Positions 11,181 to 19,769 of a DNA stretch of 64,000 bases are shown here, piece by piece (within the stretch, counting starts at the first letter, position 1; the number at the start of each line of letters is the position of its first letter). Source of the stretch: Candidatus Adlerbacteria bacterium (GTDB lineage: Bacteria; Patescibacteriota; Minisyncoccia; Phycocordibacterales; SBAW01); the NCBI GenBank assembly GCA_028286685.1, contig JAQBRA010000002.1, positions 65,073-129,072 of the forward strand, written 5' to 3'. The notes under the pieces were generated by a model, which made no database searches, had not been told where the DNA came from, and saw only the letters and a list, made by a program, of their open reading frames with translations. A program made the translations under genes and the position numbers.

Positions 11181-11486
11181 TTAACAAACGCGGCACTGCG
11201 CTGAAACCCCGCAGTCGGTGCATACCATGTGGTGATGGTGCGGACGGCCCGCGTACTCGTACTGCATGACGCCCTCGCGCATCCCCTGCCGCAAGAGCCC
11301 CGCCGCCGCCAGCGCCTCTGCAGCGCGGTAGAGCGTTACCTCGTTGAGGTCAGGGAGCTTCTCTTCCAGCTCAGACACGGTAAGCGGGCACCGGGCCCGC
11401 TCCAATACTGCCAAAAGCGCCAGGCGCCCCGGAGTCGCGCGCGACCCGGCGGCCCGGAGCTCTTCCCTGCAGTCATGCGATGGCAT
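11181..11486 (-). CDS. Fur family transcriptional regulator (Zur-like)
   Basis: A winged-helix segment, then HHHH and CTDCG...C metal-binding motifs. It sits between the yibE/F-like and ZIP genes. Confidence 0.65.
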   Translation of the reverse strand: MPSHDCREELRAAGSRATPGRLALLAVLERARCPLTVSELEEKLPDLNEVTLYRAAEALAAAGLLRQGMREGVMQYEYAGRPHHHHMVCTDCGVSAQCRVC

Positions 11487-11539
11487 GAGTCTATCTTACA
11501 TTAAACGCAAATAACTTGCAAATACTTAAATACCAAAGA

Positions 11540-12664
11540 TTAGCTATGGTGCGAATGGCTGTGGCCCGCATGCGCGGCAGGCGCCCTGCCATGGAGCATC
11601 CAGACCGCTAGCGCGGTGGTGAGCGGCACCGCGAGTATGAGCCCGGTCGAGCCTACCAAGGTGCGCAATAGTTCGGTTGCAAAAAGCTCCTGGTTGATCG
11701 TTATCCAGATGCTCTGCGTCGACGTGAGCTTGAAAAGGAGGAGCAGCGGCAGATAGGCGCCGACGTACGCTATCGCCAGCGTATTGACCAGGGCGCCGAT
11801 ATGCTCGCGCCCGATGCGCAGGGCGCGCTTGAAAATATGGGCGCGCGACGCGTCCCGATTCATGCCCAAAAGCTCCTCGACCGCGATGGCTTGACTTATC
11901 GCCGCATCGTAGAGGATGCCCAAGAGACCGATGACCAGGCCGCCCAAAAGGAGGCCGACGAAATCGATGCCGCCGCGCGTATCGATATTGAGATAGGTTG
12001 CCTCTTCGGAGCTGAAGCCGGAGAGCCTCCCCCAATGCACGGCGATATAGGCCAGGATGCCGGTTACGACCACTGTGGCGAGCATGCCCGCGACTGCGGC
12101 GCTCGTAGTCCGATTGATTCCGTGGGTTATATAGGAGCCCGCGATGATAATGATGCCGGCAACGCCTATGGAAAGTGGGAGCGGCGATATCCCGGAAAGG
12201 ATCCCTGGCAAGAGCACGTAGACTATTAAGCCGATGCTTGCGGCAAGCGCCACGAGTCCGCGCAAGCCCTGCAGCCCGCCGAACGCGAACAGACACACCA
12301 GGAAGAGCCCGGCAAAAAATGCCAGGACCGGCAGGCGGTACGGATCGAGGACTGTATAGCGGTTGGTACCGTCGATCCGATTAACGGTGTGCCGTGCATA
12401 AAAAACCTCGCCCGCCTTAAGCCGCAAATAATCATTATCGAGCGTGAGCACTTGCCCCGCATCCTCGCCCTCGAGTATCTCCGCCCTGATGCTCTGGTAT
12501 ATGCTCGTAGCCCCTATCCCCGGTATGGGGCGCGTATCGTCAGACACCACTTCGACCACCTGCGCCTTAACGATAGTGACCGTATCGGGGACAAGCTCCT
12601 GCGCCTGCGCGGCCGTGGCTTGAAAGGAGAGCGCCAAGAACAGTGCTAGTGCGGCGTATTTCAT
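11540..12664 (-). CDS. YibE/F family membrane protein
   Basis: Signal peptide, a soluble N-terminal domain and multi-TM C-terminal half match the YibE/F architecture. Start placed at MKYAALALF. Confidence 0.6.
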   Translation of the reverse strand: MKYAALALFLALSFQATAAQAQELVPDTVTIVKAQVVEVVSDDTRPIPGIGATSIYQSIRAEILEGEDAGQVLTLDNDYLRLKAGEVFYARHTVNRIDGTNRYTVLDPYRLPVLAFFAGLFLVCLFAFGGLQGLRGLVALAASIGLIVYVLLPGILSGISPLPLSIGVAGIIIIAGSYITHGINRTTSAAVAGMLATVVVTGILAYIAVHWGRLSGFSSEEATYLNIDTRGGIDFVGLLLGGLVIGLLGILYDAAISQAIAVEELLGMNRDASRAHIFKRALRIGREHIGALVNTLAIAYVGAYLPLLLLFKLTSTQSIWITINQELFATELLRTLVGSTGLILAVPLTTALAVWMLHGRAPAAHAGHSHSHHS

Positions 12665-12739
12665 CGCCCCCACTGTACCACAATCACGCCAGAGGAATGC
12701 ATTCATATATCATTCATTCCCCTGCCTGCATACTCGACA

Positions 12740-12766
12740 CATATGAGCACGAAGACGTCTCATATG
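12740..12766. promoter_or_regulatory. 8-bp-arm palindrome (CATATGAG-N11-CTCATATG) in the divergent yibEF / DUF892 promoter region
   Basis: Seen in the sequence. It is a candidate operator, possibly for Zur. Confidence 0.25.
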
Positions 12767-12820
12767 TCCGTCGCTCGCTCGGAACCAAAGCCGCGCTTTT
12801 ATTCACTCACTCGCTAGGAC

Positions 12821-13411
12821 ATGGCTACCAAAAAATCAAAACCCAAGGCAAAAACGAAGGCGTCTGCCAGCAGCAAGAAATACGGCACCCTGCACGAGCT
12901 CCTGATACTAAAGCTCCAGAGCCTCTATGACATAGAGCAGGAACTGACCAAGGCGCTCCCCAAGCTCGCCAAAGCGGCAACCAGCTACGAGCTGCGCGAG
13001 GCCTTTGAGATGCACCTGCGCGAGACAGAGGTGCAGGTACGGCGCCTGGAGGAGGCCATGCAGCTTTTGGACGTTAACCCCAGGAAAGAAAAGGTTGCCG
13101 GGATCCGCGGCATTGCAGAGGACGGCAGCTGGGTTGCAGGCCACGTAACTCCGGAGGCGCGCGATGCGGCGCTCATTGCCGCGGCGCAGTATGCCGAGCA
13201 CTACGAGATAGCCGGATACACTTCCGCGCGCGAGTGGGCGGCCATGATGGACCACCAGGGCGTTACCGATCTTCTGGACGCGACGCTTATCGAGGAAAAG
13301 AACGCCAGCAGCAAGCTGGCTGAGCTGGCGCACAATGGCATAAACCAGCGCGCCGGCGGCATCCCCATGGAAGACGCACCGGTTGAAGAGGAAGAGATAG
13401 CACTGATGTAG
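12821..13411 (+). CDS. ferritin-like DUF892 (YciE/YciF family) protein with a lysine-rich N-terminus
   Basis: LQSLYDIEQELTKALPKLAKAATSYELREAFEMHLRETEVQVRRLEE matches the DUF892 signature. Confidence 0.6.
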   Translation: MATKKSKPKAKTKASASSKKYGTLHELLILKLQSLYDIEQELTKALPKLAKAATSYELREAFEMHLRETEVQVRRLEEAMQLLDVNPRKEKVAGIRGIAEDGSWVAGHVTPEARDAALIAAAQYAEHYEIAGYTSAREWAAMMDHQGVTDLLDATLIEEKNASSKLAELAHNGINQRAGGIPMEDAPVEEEEIALM

Positions 13412-13415
13412 CCCG

Positions 13416-14981
13416 CTAGTCGAGCTCAGGCTCTACCAGGCCTAAACGGATCAGGCGCGCCTGTATCGAGCCTTTCTGTCGGCCGAACTCTTTAACAAGT
13501 GCCGCTACCGACTTGCCCTCGCGGAACATTTCAGTGAGCTTGTCATCATCCTCGCGGCTCCACGGGCGGTACGCGTTGGGGAATTTTGCGCGCAATTTAT
13601 CGAGCTTACTGCCGTTCTCTTCTTTGTCTTTCCGGGCCGCTTCCTTTTCTTCCTGAACTACTTCGGGCTCGCGGCCTCCGGATGCTTTTATAAAATTCTT
13701 CTGGAGCACCGAGAGGTCTTCGGGCGGCAGTTTGCCAAATATATCTTCGGCCCCAAGCGACGCCGAGCGGAAGGCCGCGTCGCGCTCCAGAATTTCCGGA
13801 TGCACGCGCAGCGCCTGCTCGTTAAAGCCCAAAAGAAAAAGCCCTTCGAGCGTGCGCACGCGCGAAAGCGCTACGTAGCCCTGCCCGTACTCAAACGCGC
13901 CCGAGAGGTCCATAACCGCGGCATCGAGGCTCATTCCCTGGCTCTTGTGGACCGTCATGGCCCACGCCAGGCGCAGCGGCACCTGGGTAATCTGGGCCAG
14001 GACGCGCTTGCCGTCCTCTATGCGCCACTCCTCCTGGTCAGCCTCTATAAGCGCCCCTTGGCGAGTACGCACCAGAGGCCAGCCCGCAGGGCTCCAGGCC
14101 TCTACAACGCCCAGCGTGCCGTTAACGTAGCCATGCTCGTAGTTGTTGCGGGTAAACATGACCGCGGCCCCTACCTTAAGCACCAAAGTCTCGGGCGAGA
14201 GGCATCCGCGCTTAAGGGCCTCGACCAAAGTGGTAGAGCCCGAGGTGCGCATAGGAAAGGTGTGCACGGCGCCCTCAATCTGGCCCAGCGCGTCGGTGTT
14301 GATGCGGTCGACGTCGAGGTTGTGCGGATACAGCCGGGTGGCATTTTTAGGCGCGCCGTTCTTCTGGTAGCGGCTGCGCAAAAGCTCGCGATGCTCGTCT
14401 TCGAGTTCGCCCGAGCGCAGAGCCCCGAGCAATTGCAAAAACAAGCCGTCGTCTTGGCGGTGCTGCTCGTGCAAGTAACACACTAAAGGGTTAGCATCCT
14501 CCCAGGCAGTGGAAGCAAAGGCAAACTGCGATCGCTGATTTTTAGAAACAGGCGGCAACTGGAAAAAGTCTCCGACAAATACGACCTGCAGGCCGCCAAA
14601 CGGGCGATCCGAGCCGCGCAGGCTCGAGAGAGCGCGGTCGACCAAGCTCAGGAGCTTGGCATCGAGCATCGATACCTCGTCGATAATAAGCACGTGGGCG
14701 CCGCGTACGCGGCGCACCAGGGGCTCGCGTTCCAAGAGCGCCTCTATGTCCCAATCAGTCAATTCTTGCTTAATGCCCACCCCGCTCCAAGCGTGTATCG
14801 TCATGCCTCCCACGTGGGTAGCCGCAATGCCGGTCGAGGCAGTAATGGCAGGCTCGATCCCCCGCTCGCGCAGCCACTCCACGTAGCGGTTGATAACGTA
14901 CGTCTTGCCCGCGCCGGGCTCTCCGGTAAGGAATACGTTCGCTCCTGTTTTTAAGATTGTAAGGGCTTGTTCTTGAGTCAT
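13416..14981 (-). CDS. PIF1/RecD-like ATP-dependent DNA helicase with a C-terminal HTH
   Basis: Walker A GEPGAGKTYV, LIIDEVSML, and a PIF1-like C-terminal half. Confidence 0.7.
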   Translation of the reverse strand: MTQEQALTILKTGANVFLTGEPGAGKTYVINRYVEWLRERGIEPAITASTGIAATHVGGMTIHAWSGVGIKQELTDWDIEALLEREPLVRRVRGAHVLIIDEVSMLDAKLLSLVDRALSSLRGSDRPFGGLQVVFVGDFFQLPPVSKNQRSQFAFASTAWEDANPLVCYLHEQHRQDDGLFLQLLGALRSGELEDEHRELLRSRYQKNGAPKNATRLYPHNLDVDRINTDALGQIEGAVHTFPMRTSGSTTLVEALKRGCLSPETLVLKVGAAVMFTRNNYEHGYVNGTLGVVEAWSPAGWPLVRTRQGALIEADQEEWRIEDGKRVLAQITQVPLRLAWAMTVHKSQGMSLDAAVMDLSGAFEYGQGYVALSRVRTLEGLFLLGFNEQALRVHPEILERDAAFRSASLGAEDIFGKLPPEDLSVLQKNFIKASGGREPEVVQEEKEAARKDKEENGSKLDKLRAKFPNAYRPWSREDDDKLTEMFREGKSVAALVKEFGRQKGSIQARLIRLGLVEPELD

Positions 14982-15137
14982 AGGCTGCGCAAAATCAGAT
15001 TTTTAGGAGTACGTATAATTTTTTGCTAAAAATTTACTCAGTCTCGGCGCCAGTCGCGCCTGCGAAGCCTCCTAAAACTCTATTTTGCTCCGCTACGGCA
15101 AACTTCGCTTGGCGAAGTTTGCCCGGTCTCTGTAAAA

Positions 15138-15230
15138 CCAAGCTTGCCGGAGTGTCTGTAGATTCGACGGAATCGAGGTTAGGGAATTTTTAGCAAAAAA
15201 TTCCCGCACTCCGGCAAGCTTGGTTTTTAT
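15138..15230. terminator. long-stem hairpin with a nested palindrome, probable msrB terminator
   Basis: The 17-bp perfect inverted repeat CCAAGCTTGCCGGAGTG...CACTCCGGCAAGCTTGG encloses GGGAATTTTTagcAAAAAATTCCC and is followed by TTTTTAT. Confidence 0.4.
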
Positions 15231-15246
15231 GGAGACCTTCTGTTTT

Positions 15247-15633
15247 TTATTTCTCTCCTTCCCCAAACTCCAGGCACACCGAGTTCATACAGTAGCGCTG
15301 GCCGGTTACCGTGGGCCCGTCGTCAAACAGGTGTCCCAGGTGGCTGCCGCACTGGGCGCACACCACCTCGGTACGCGCCATGCCCGCACTCTTGTCCGCT
15401 ATCTCTTTGACCGCGCCCGGGAGCGCCTGGTCAAAGCTGGGCCACCCAGTACCGGAGTCAAACTTGGCATTGGACGGAAAGAGCGGGTTGCCGCAGGCCG
15501 CGCACTTAAACATACCATCACGCTCCTCATGCAGCAGCGCTCCAGTAAAGGGCGCCTCGGTCCCCTTCTCTCTTAGTACTTTATATTGCTCGGGAGTGAG
15601 CTTTTTCTTCCATTCCGCTTCGCTGTTGGGCAT
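15247..15633 (-). CDS. msrB: peptide-methionine (R)-S-oxide reductase MsrB
   Basis: CGNPLF...GWPSF...[16 protein letters not shown] are the MsrB zinc and catalytic motifs. Confidence 0.85.
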   Translation of the reverse strand: MPNSEAEWKKKLTPEQYKVLREKGTEAPFTGALLHEERDGMFKCAACGNPLFPSNAKFDSGTGWPSFDQALPGAVKEIADKSAGMARTEVVCAQCGSHLGHLFDDGPTVTGQRYCMNSVCLEFGEGEK

Positions 15634-15652
15634 ATGCAGTATTTTTATGCGG

Positions 15653-16324
15653 CTAATTCCACTCCTCTTCCAGCGGAGTAACCTCCTCCATGTTTGCGGC
15701 GCCCGCCGGAATAATGCAGAGCACGCGGCCCGCAATCTTAAAGTCGCCGCGCAGGATGATCGGCTTGTACTTGGGGTCCTTATTCTCCGGGTAAAGGATA
15801 GTTACTCCGTCGCGGCGCTCGAGCCGCTTTACCGTTACCATGTCGCCCACAATGGCCGCCACGCGGTCCCCGTTCTTAACATTGTCGGTAAACTGCACCA
15901 AAATGTAGTCGCCGCTGTTGACCCCGGCGTCGAGCATGCTGTCGCCCACGGCGCGCACCGCCACGATGTCGCCGTTTTCCTCGACGATCTTCTTATCAAC
16001 CTGGAGAAATTCGTCGTACTGCTCCTGGGCAAAGACCGACAAGTCGTCGCAGCCTACATTGGCCACCACCGGTATGGACACCAGGGTTTCAGTGCGGCCG
16101 TAAGCGTCTATGGGGCGCAGCTCGATATTGCGGCGTGCAAACTTGCGGCGCGCCAGGTAGCCCTTGCGCTCGAGAATTTCGAGGTACTGCGCCACCGTGC
16201 GGATGGACTTAAAGCCCAAGTTCTTCCGCAGCTCGTCTATGGTAGGCGGTTCGCCTTTAGCCTGTATGTAGAGCGATATGTTCTCCAATACGCGCTTCTG
16301 CTTGCCAGTGAGAGTGCTGTCCAT
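15653..16324 (-). CDS. lexA: LexA repressor
   Basis: N-terminal wHTH, then the AVGDSM...VKRL S24 peptidase Ser/Lys dyad. Confidence 0.9.
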   Translation of the reverse strand: MDSTLTGKQKRVLENISLYIQAKGEPPTIDELRKNLGFKSIRTVAQYLEILERKGYLARRKFARRNIELRPIDAYGRTETLVSIPVVANVGCDDLSVFAQEQYDEFLQVDKKIVEENGDIVAVRAVGDSMLDAGVNSGDYILVQFTDNVKNGDRVAAIVGDMVTVKRLERRDGVTILYPENKDPKYKPIILRGDFKIAGRVLCIIPAGAANMEEVTPLEEEWN

Positions 16325-16327
16325 ACT

Positions 16328-16374
16328 TGTGTATATCTAAGCTGCTAATATACACATTGTAGCACAATTTGTGC
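16328..16374. promoter_or_regulatory. candidate LexA operator: TGTGTATAT-N11-ATATACACA, plus a second palindrome GCACAA-T-TTGTGC
   Basis: A 9-bp-arm palindrome starts 3 nt upstream of the lexA start codon. Its arms resemble E. coli SOS half-sites. Confidence 0.45.
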
Positions 16375-16440
16375 ATTCAAAAACAAGAAATACACAAGTT
16401 CTTGGGGATAATACACTCGGAAACAAGCGTTGCCGCGAGT

Positions 16441-16788
16441 CTAGAGCTGTTCCCCTGGTGCGATGATTTCGACAGCATCCTCTGCTACCGGAGCGGGCAC
16501 AGGAGCCTGCGTGCGGCCCATAACGCGGCCGATGATATAAAGTACGAGCCCCACTGCCGCCACCAGACCGCCGACCGGCACCGAGAAGAGAGCGAGCCAT
16601 CCGGTCATCGCCATCATGCCCAAAAGGCCGCCGAAATCGATTCCCCCGATAAGGCACGGGTACGCAGCCGCCTCGCTAAGTTGGCAGCCGTTGGCAACGG
16701 CCATCACAATCGCGATAAGCAAAACTATAACCGGAACGACTGCAAAAATAACGCCTCCTATAAGGGCCCAAAATCCAAGTTTACGCAT
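16441..16788 (-). CDS. hypothetical membrane protein
   Basis: Three to four predicted TM helices. Confidence 0.35.
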   Translation of the reverse strand: MRKLGFWALIGGVIFAVVPVIVLLIAIVMAVANGCQLSEAAAYPCLIGGIDFGGLLGMMAMTGWLALFSVPVGGLVAAVGLVLYIIGRVMGRTQAPVPAPVAEDAVEIIAPGEQL

Positions 16789-16803
16789 GCAAATAGTATA
16801 TCG

Positions 16804-17073
16804 CTAAATGAGTAAAAGTATCGCCGCCGCCAAACAGCTTAAGATTGCCGCCAGCCGCACCGACGAGAGCGAGCGGTGGATGCCGTAGGCCATCCACACG
16901 ACGTTGTTGCCCAAAATGAGCCACAGCGTAAGCGGCGAGAGGTTGTTTTGTACGCCCCAGGCAAGTATCACGAATATCTGCGGGTACAGGGCCAGGCCCG
17001 CAACCGCGCCGTTAACGACGGCCAGCTTGTCTATAAAGTGATGGTGGCCGCGCGGGGCAAGGACATGGGTCAT
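16804..17073 (-). CDS. small PQ-loop/SemiSWEET-like membrane protein
   Basis: ~89 aa with three TM helices, LALYPQIF (PQ motif) and W..YG in the last helix. Confidence 0.4.
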   Translation of the reverse strand: MTHVLAPRGHHHFIDKLAVVNGAVAGLALYPQIFVILAWGVQNNLSPLTLWLILGNNVVWMAYGIHRSLSSVRLAAILSCLAAAILLLI

Positions 17074-17100
17074 ATGCCCCTAGTATAAGGCCGGAATTTC

Positions 17101-17472
17101 TTAGCCGACCACTACCTTAAAGCCGCCGTAGGCCATGCGCTTCATATCAAACGGCATCGCCTGAGGCTTGGCGTCGGCGTACTTCTCGCCGAAGTGGGCC
17201 ATCACCTTCTTGTTGACCTGGTTGCGGTGCGTCTTGGAGCTAAAGGTGATGTAGGAAAACCACACCTGCTCGCCCGGCTTGGCCTTAATCATTTTGCCGA
17301 AAGGGGCAACGATGTCCTTGGGGTTTGCGTCCTCGATAACGCACTCCTTGTAATCGAGCGCGCCGAACTTAAGCCACGCCTCGCGGCCCTCGGTGGCCAT
17401 CTTCTTATAAGCAGCCGCCTTGGCCTTCGGAACGACCAGAACAAACCCGTCTACGTATGTTGCTTTTTCCAT
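17101..17472 (-). CDS. DUF1428 family protein
   Basis: An N-terminal YVDGFVLVVP signature. Confidence 0.5.
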   Translation of the reverse strand: MEKATYVDGFVLVVPKAKAAAYKKMATEGREAWLKFGALDYKECVIEDANPKDIVAPFGKMIKAKPGEQVWFSYITFSSKTHRNQVNKKVMAHFGEKYADAKPQAMPFDMKRMAYGGFKVVVG

Positions 17473-17489
17473 ATAAATTCCAGTATAGC

Positions 17490-17927
17490 TTACGCCTGGG
17501 CAGCGGGAGCGTCCGGAGTAGCCGGGGCTTGCGAAGCGTCGCCGTACATTATTTCCCAGACGTGGCTGTCCAGGTCGGTAAACGAGCGGGCGTACATCCA
17601 GCCATAATCATCGGCGGGGCGGTACTCGCGGCCGCCGGCAGCAACCGCCTTGCCGAGCATTTCATCTACCGCAGCGCGGCTCTCCAGCGAGATGCAGGTA
17701 AGCACTTCCTTGACCTTGCCCGCGTCGGCCTGCTCGTGGGCCGGGATAAAGCCCTTGAAGAACGGCTCGGTAACGAGCATGACATAGATGCTCCCCTCTT
17801 CGACTACCAGGCAGCCGGCCTGCTCGTTGGTAAACTGCGGATTAAAGGCAAAGCCCAGGGCCTTAAAAAACTCCATCGAGCGCGGCAGGTCCAGAACCGG
17901 CAGGTTTACGAATATTTGCTTTTGCAT
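17490..17927 (-). CDS. VOC/glyoxalase-like family protein
   Basis: Size and paired beta-alpha-beta pattern fit the family. The start position is uncertain by a few nucleotides. Confidence 0.45.
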   Translation of the reverse strand: MQKQIFVNLPVLDLPRSMEFFKALGFAFNPQFTNEQAGCLVVEEGSIYVMLVTEPFFKGFIPAHEQADAGKVKEVLTCISLESRAAVDEMLGKAVAAGGREYRPADDYGWMYARSFTDLDSHVWEIMYGDASQAPATPDAPAAQA

Positions 17928-17989
17928 ATGCAGATAGTATAGCAAAAGGGCCAAATTGCCTCCAGCGCCACTTGCTCAGCAGTTAGAGC

Positions 17990-19519
17990 TTAAACCCCGG
18001 ACGCCACGCCCCTAAAATGCTTCCATATCTCGTACATCGCCAAGGTATCGAGCTTGCAGTACTCGAGCATGTCCTTTTGCTTCTGCTCGGCCTCCTCGCC
18101 CTCAATTAGCGCGCGGGTCAGCTGGCGGTAGCCCTCTATGGCGTCGGTCCCGCTCTTAACCGGCAGCTCTTTGTACGACAAGCTCGGCACCAAGACGGGC
18201 AGCACCTTCTTGATAGAGGCACGGCCCATAAAGCCCGGGTGCACGTAGTGCTGGTGCTCCACAATATCCATAAGGTCGTAGGTGCGCTCCACCACGTTTA
18301 AGAAAAAGTCCTTATGCTCAGGCATCAGCGCGGCCATCTCCTTGTTGCGGCTGTTTTCAAACGCCTTGGACCACGATATAACCGTGCCCTTGGGGCCGAT
18401 ATGCGACACCAGCGCCTCGGCGATCTTTTCCGCCGGGTCGCCGCCCAATATCAGGTCGCCATAATGCTTAAGCTCGGCATCGGGTGCCTCGAGCACGTGG
18501 AGCGAATATTGAAAGACAATATGCTGGTAGGGCCGGTAGCCGCTAAAGGGCGGGATAGCTGTGGGATACGTCTCGTAGTCCAAAAAGTACAGCGGATACT
18601 CAAGCTTGTTTAGCTCCTCGGCAAGCCCCACCACATCAATGAGAGGCTCTTGCGAGAGATGCACGCGGACCTGGTTGAGCTTCTTTTCCGTAAGCCGGTC
18701 GTCATTCAGCGGCACATCCTTAACGTGCAAGACGCCGGCATGCAGCAGCTCTTCGAGATACTTTTTGCTCAGGCCAATACGGTTAAGGTCGTGGACGCTG
18801 TAGGCCGGCACGTCGGGGTTGATAAAGGCAAAGCTCGTGCAGTGCGCCGAGCGGCCCTTGTAGTAGCACGGGCAATGGCCCTCGGGCTGTACCGCCTGGC
18901 TCAGGTACTCTTGCGCATGCTTCATCTGATGCACCGCATTTTCCTGCGCCACCGCCATCGCCTCGGTCTTGTCCTCGAGTATAAAAAGGTTTGAGAAGTC
19001 CAAGTCGCCCTGGCGCACGTACTGCCTATTGAGCCGGACCAGGTACTTTTTATTGAGCTTAACGCCGCACGCCTCGACCACGTTTGCCTGGAAGGCCAGG
19101 TCGTACTCAAACTGCTCCTCTTTTTTCCTGTCCTTCCTGCCCTCTCCGTCCGCCTCAGACGAGGACATCTTTATCTCGTACAAGTCGTACGCCCCGGCAC
19201 CGGCGTTCCATACCAATACGTCGGTAGCGGCCAAGCAGGTGTCGGTGGCAAATACGGCCTGGAATAGTACCGGGGTCTGCTCGGCAACAAGCTTTTGAGT
19301 CAGCTCCTGGGCGCCCGCGTGGCGCTGCTCGATAAGGTAGCCGCCCGGAAACATCCCGCGCGCCAGCTCCTCGACCTCGTTGCCCATTTGGGCCAAAGCC
19401 TGTTCGAACTCCGATATCTCGTACTGGCTGTGTATGTCGGGCCGTTGGCGGCGCACCCAGGTGTTGTTAGGGCACTCCCTAAACATGATGTATTCGGTCT
19501 TGGAGAGCTTGGAGGCCAT
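17990..19519 (-). CDS. DUF2779 domain protein (Cas4/RecB-like nuclease fold)
   Basis: YFLDYETYPTAIPPFSGYRPYQHIVFQYSLHVL signature plus the Cys cluster CPCYYKGRSAHC. Confidence 0.55.
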   Translation of the reverse strand: MASKLSKTEYIMFRECPNNTWVRRQRPDIHSQYEISEFEQALAQMGNEVEELARGMFPGGYLIEQRHAGAQELTQKLVAEQTPVLFQAVFATDTCLAATDVLVWNAGAGAYDLYEIKMSSSEADGEGRKDRKKEEQFEYDLAFQANVVEACGVKLNKKYLVRLNRQYVRQGDLDFSNLFILEDKTEAMAVAQENAVHQMKHAQEYLSQAVQPEGHCPCYYKGRSAHCTSFAFINPDVPAYSVHDLNRIGLSKKYLEELLHAGVLHVKDVPLNDDRLTEKKLNQVRVHLSQEPLIDVVGLAEELNKLEYPLYFLDYETYPTAIPPFSGYRPYQHIVFQYSLHVLEAPDAELKHYGDLILGGDPAEKIAEALVSHIGPKGTVISWSKAFENSRNKEMAALMPEHKDFFLNVVERTYDLMDIVEHQHYVHPGFMGRASIKKVLPVLVPSLSYKELPVKSGTDAIEGYRQLTRALIEGEEAEQKQKDMLEYCKLDTLAMYEIWKHFRGVASGV

Positions 19520-19753
19520 GGGTCTATTGTACGGCCATTAGTGATCCCAAGTGGTACAAAATTGGAACCAGCCTATAATAGGAGAGCTTAGCAGGTGACT
19601 ACTCTTTGGACGGGACCTAAAGGCCGAGTTGGGCTAGTACTGCCATTGGGATTAGAACTATATGTATATCCCCTGCCTTGAGCGGCCGCCCGGCGAAAAT
19701 ATACCCTTAAAAAGGGCCGTTTTTAGCAGTGGTTTTTAGTGCTACATAGGACT

Positions 19754-19759
19754 ATAATG
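19754..19759 (+). promoter_or_regulatory. TATAAT -10 element 10 nt upstream of the kinase ATG (short or absent leader)
   Basis: Seen in the sequence. Confidence 0.3.
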
Positions 19760-19769
19760 GGCCCACGTT

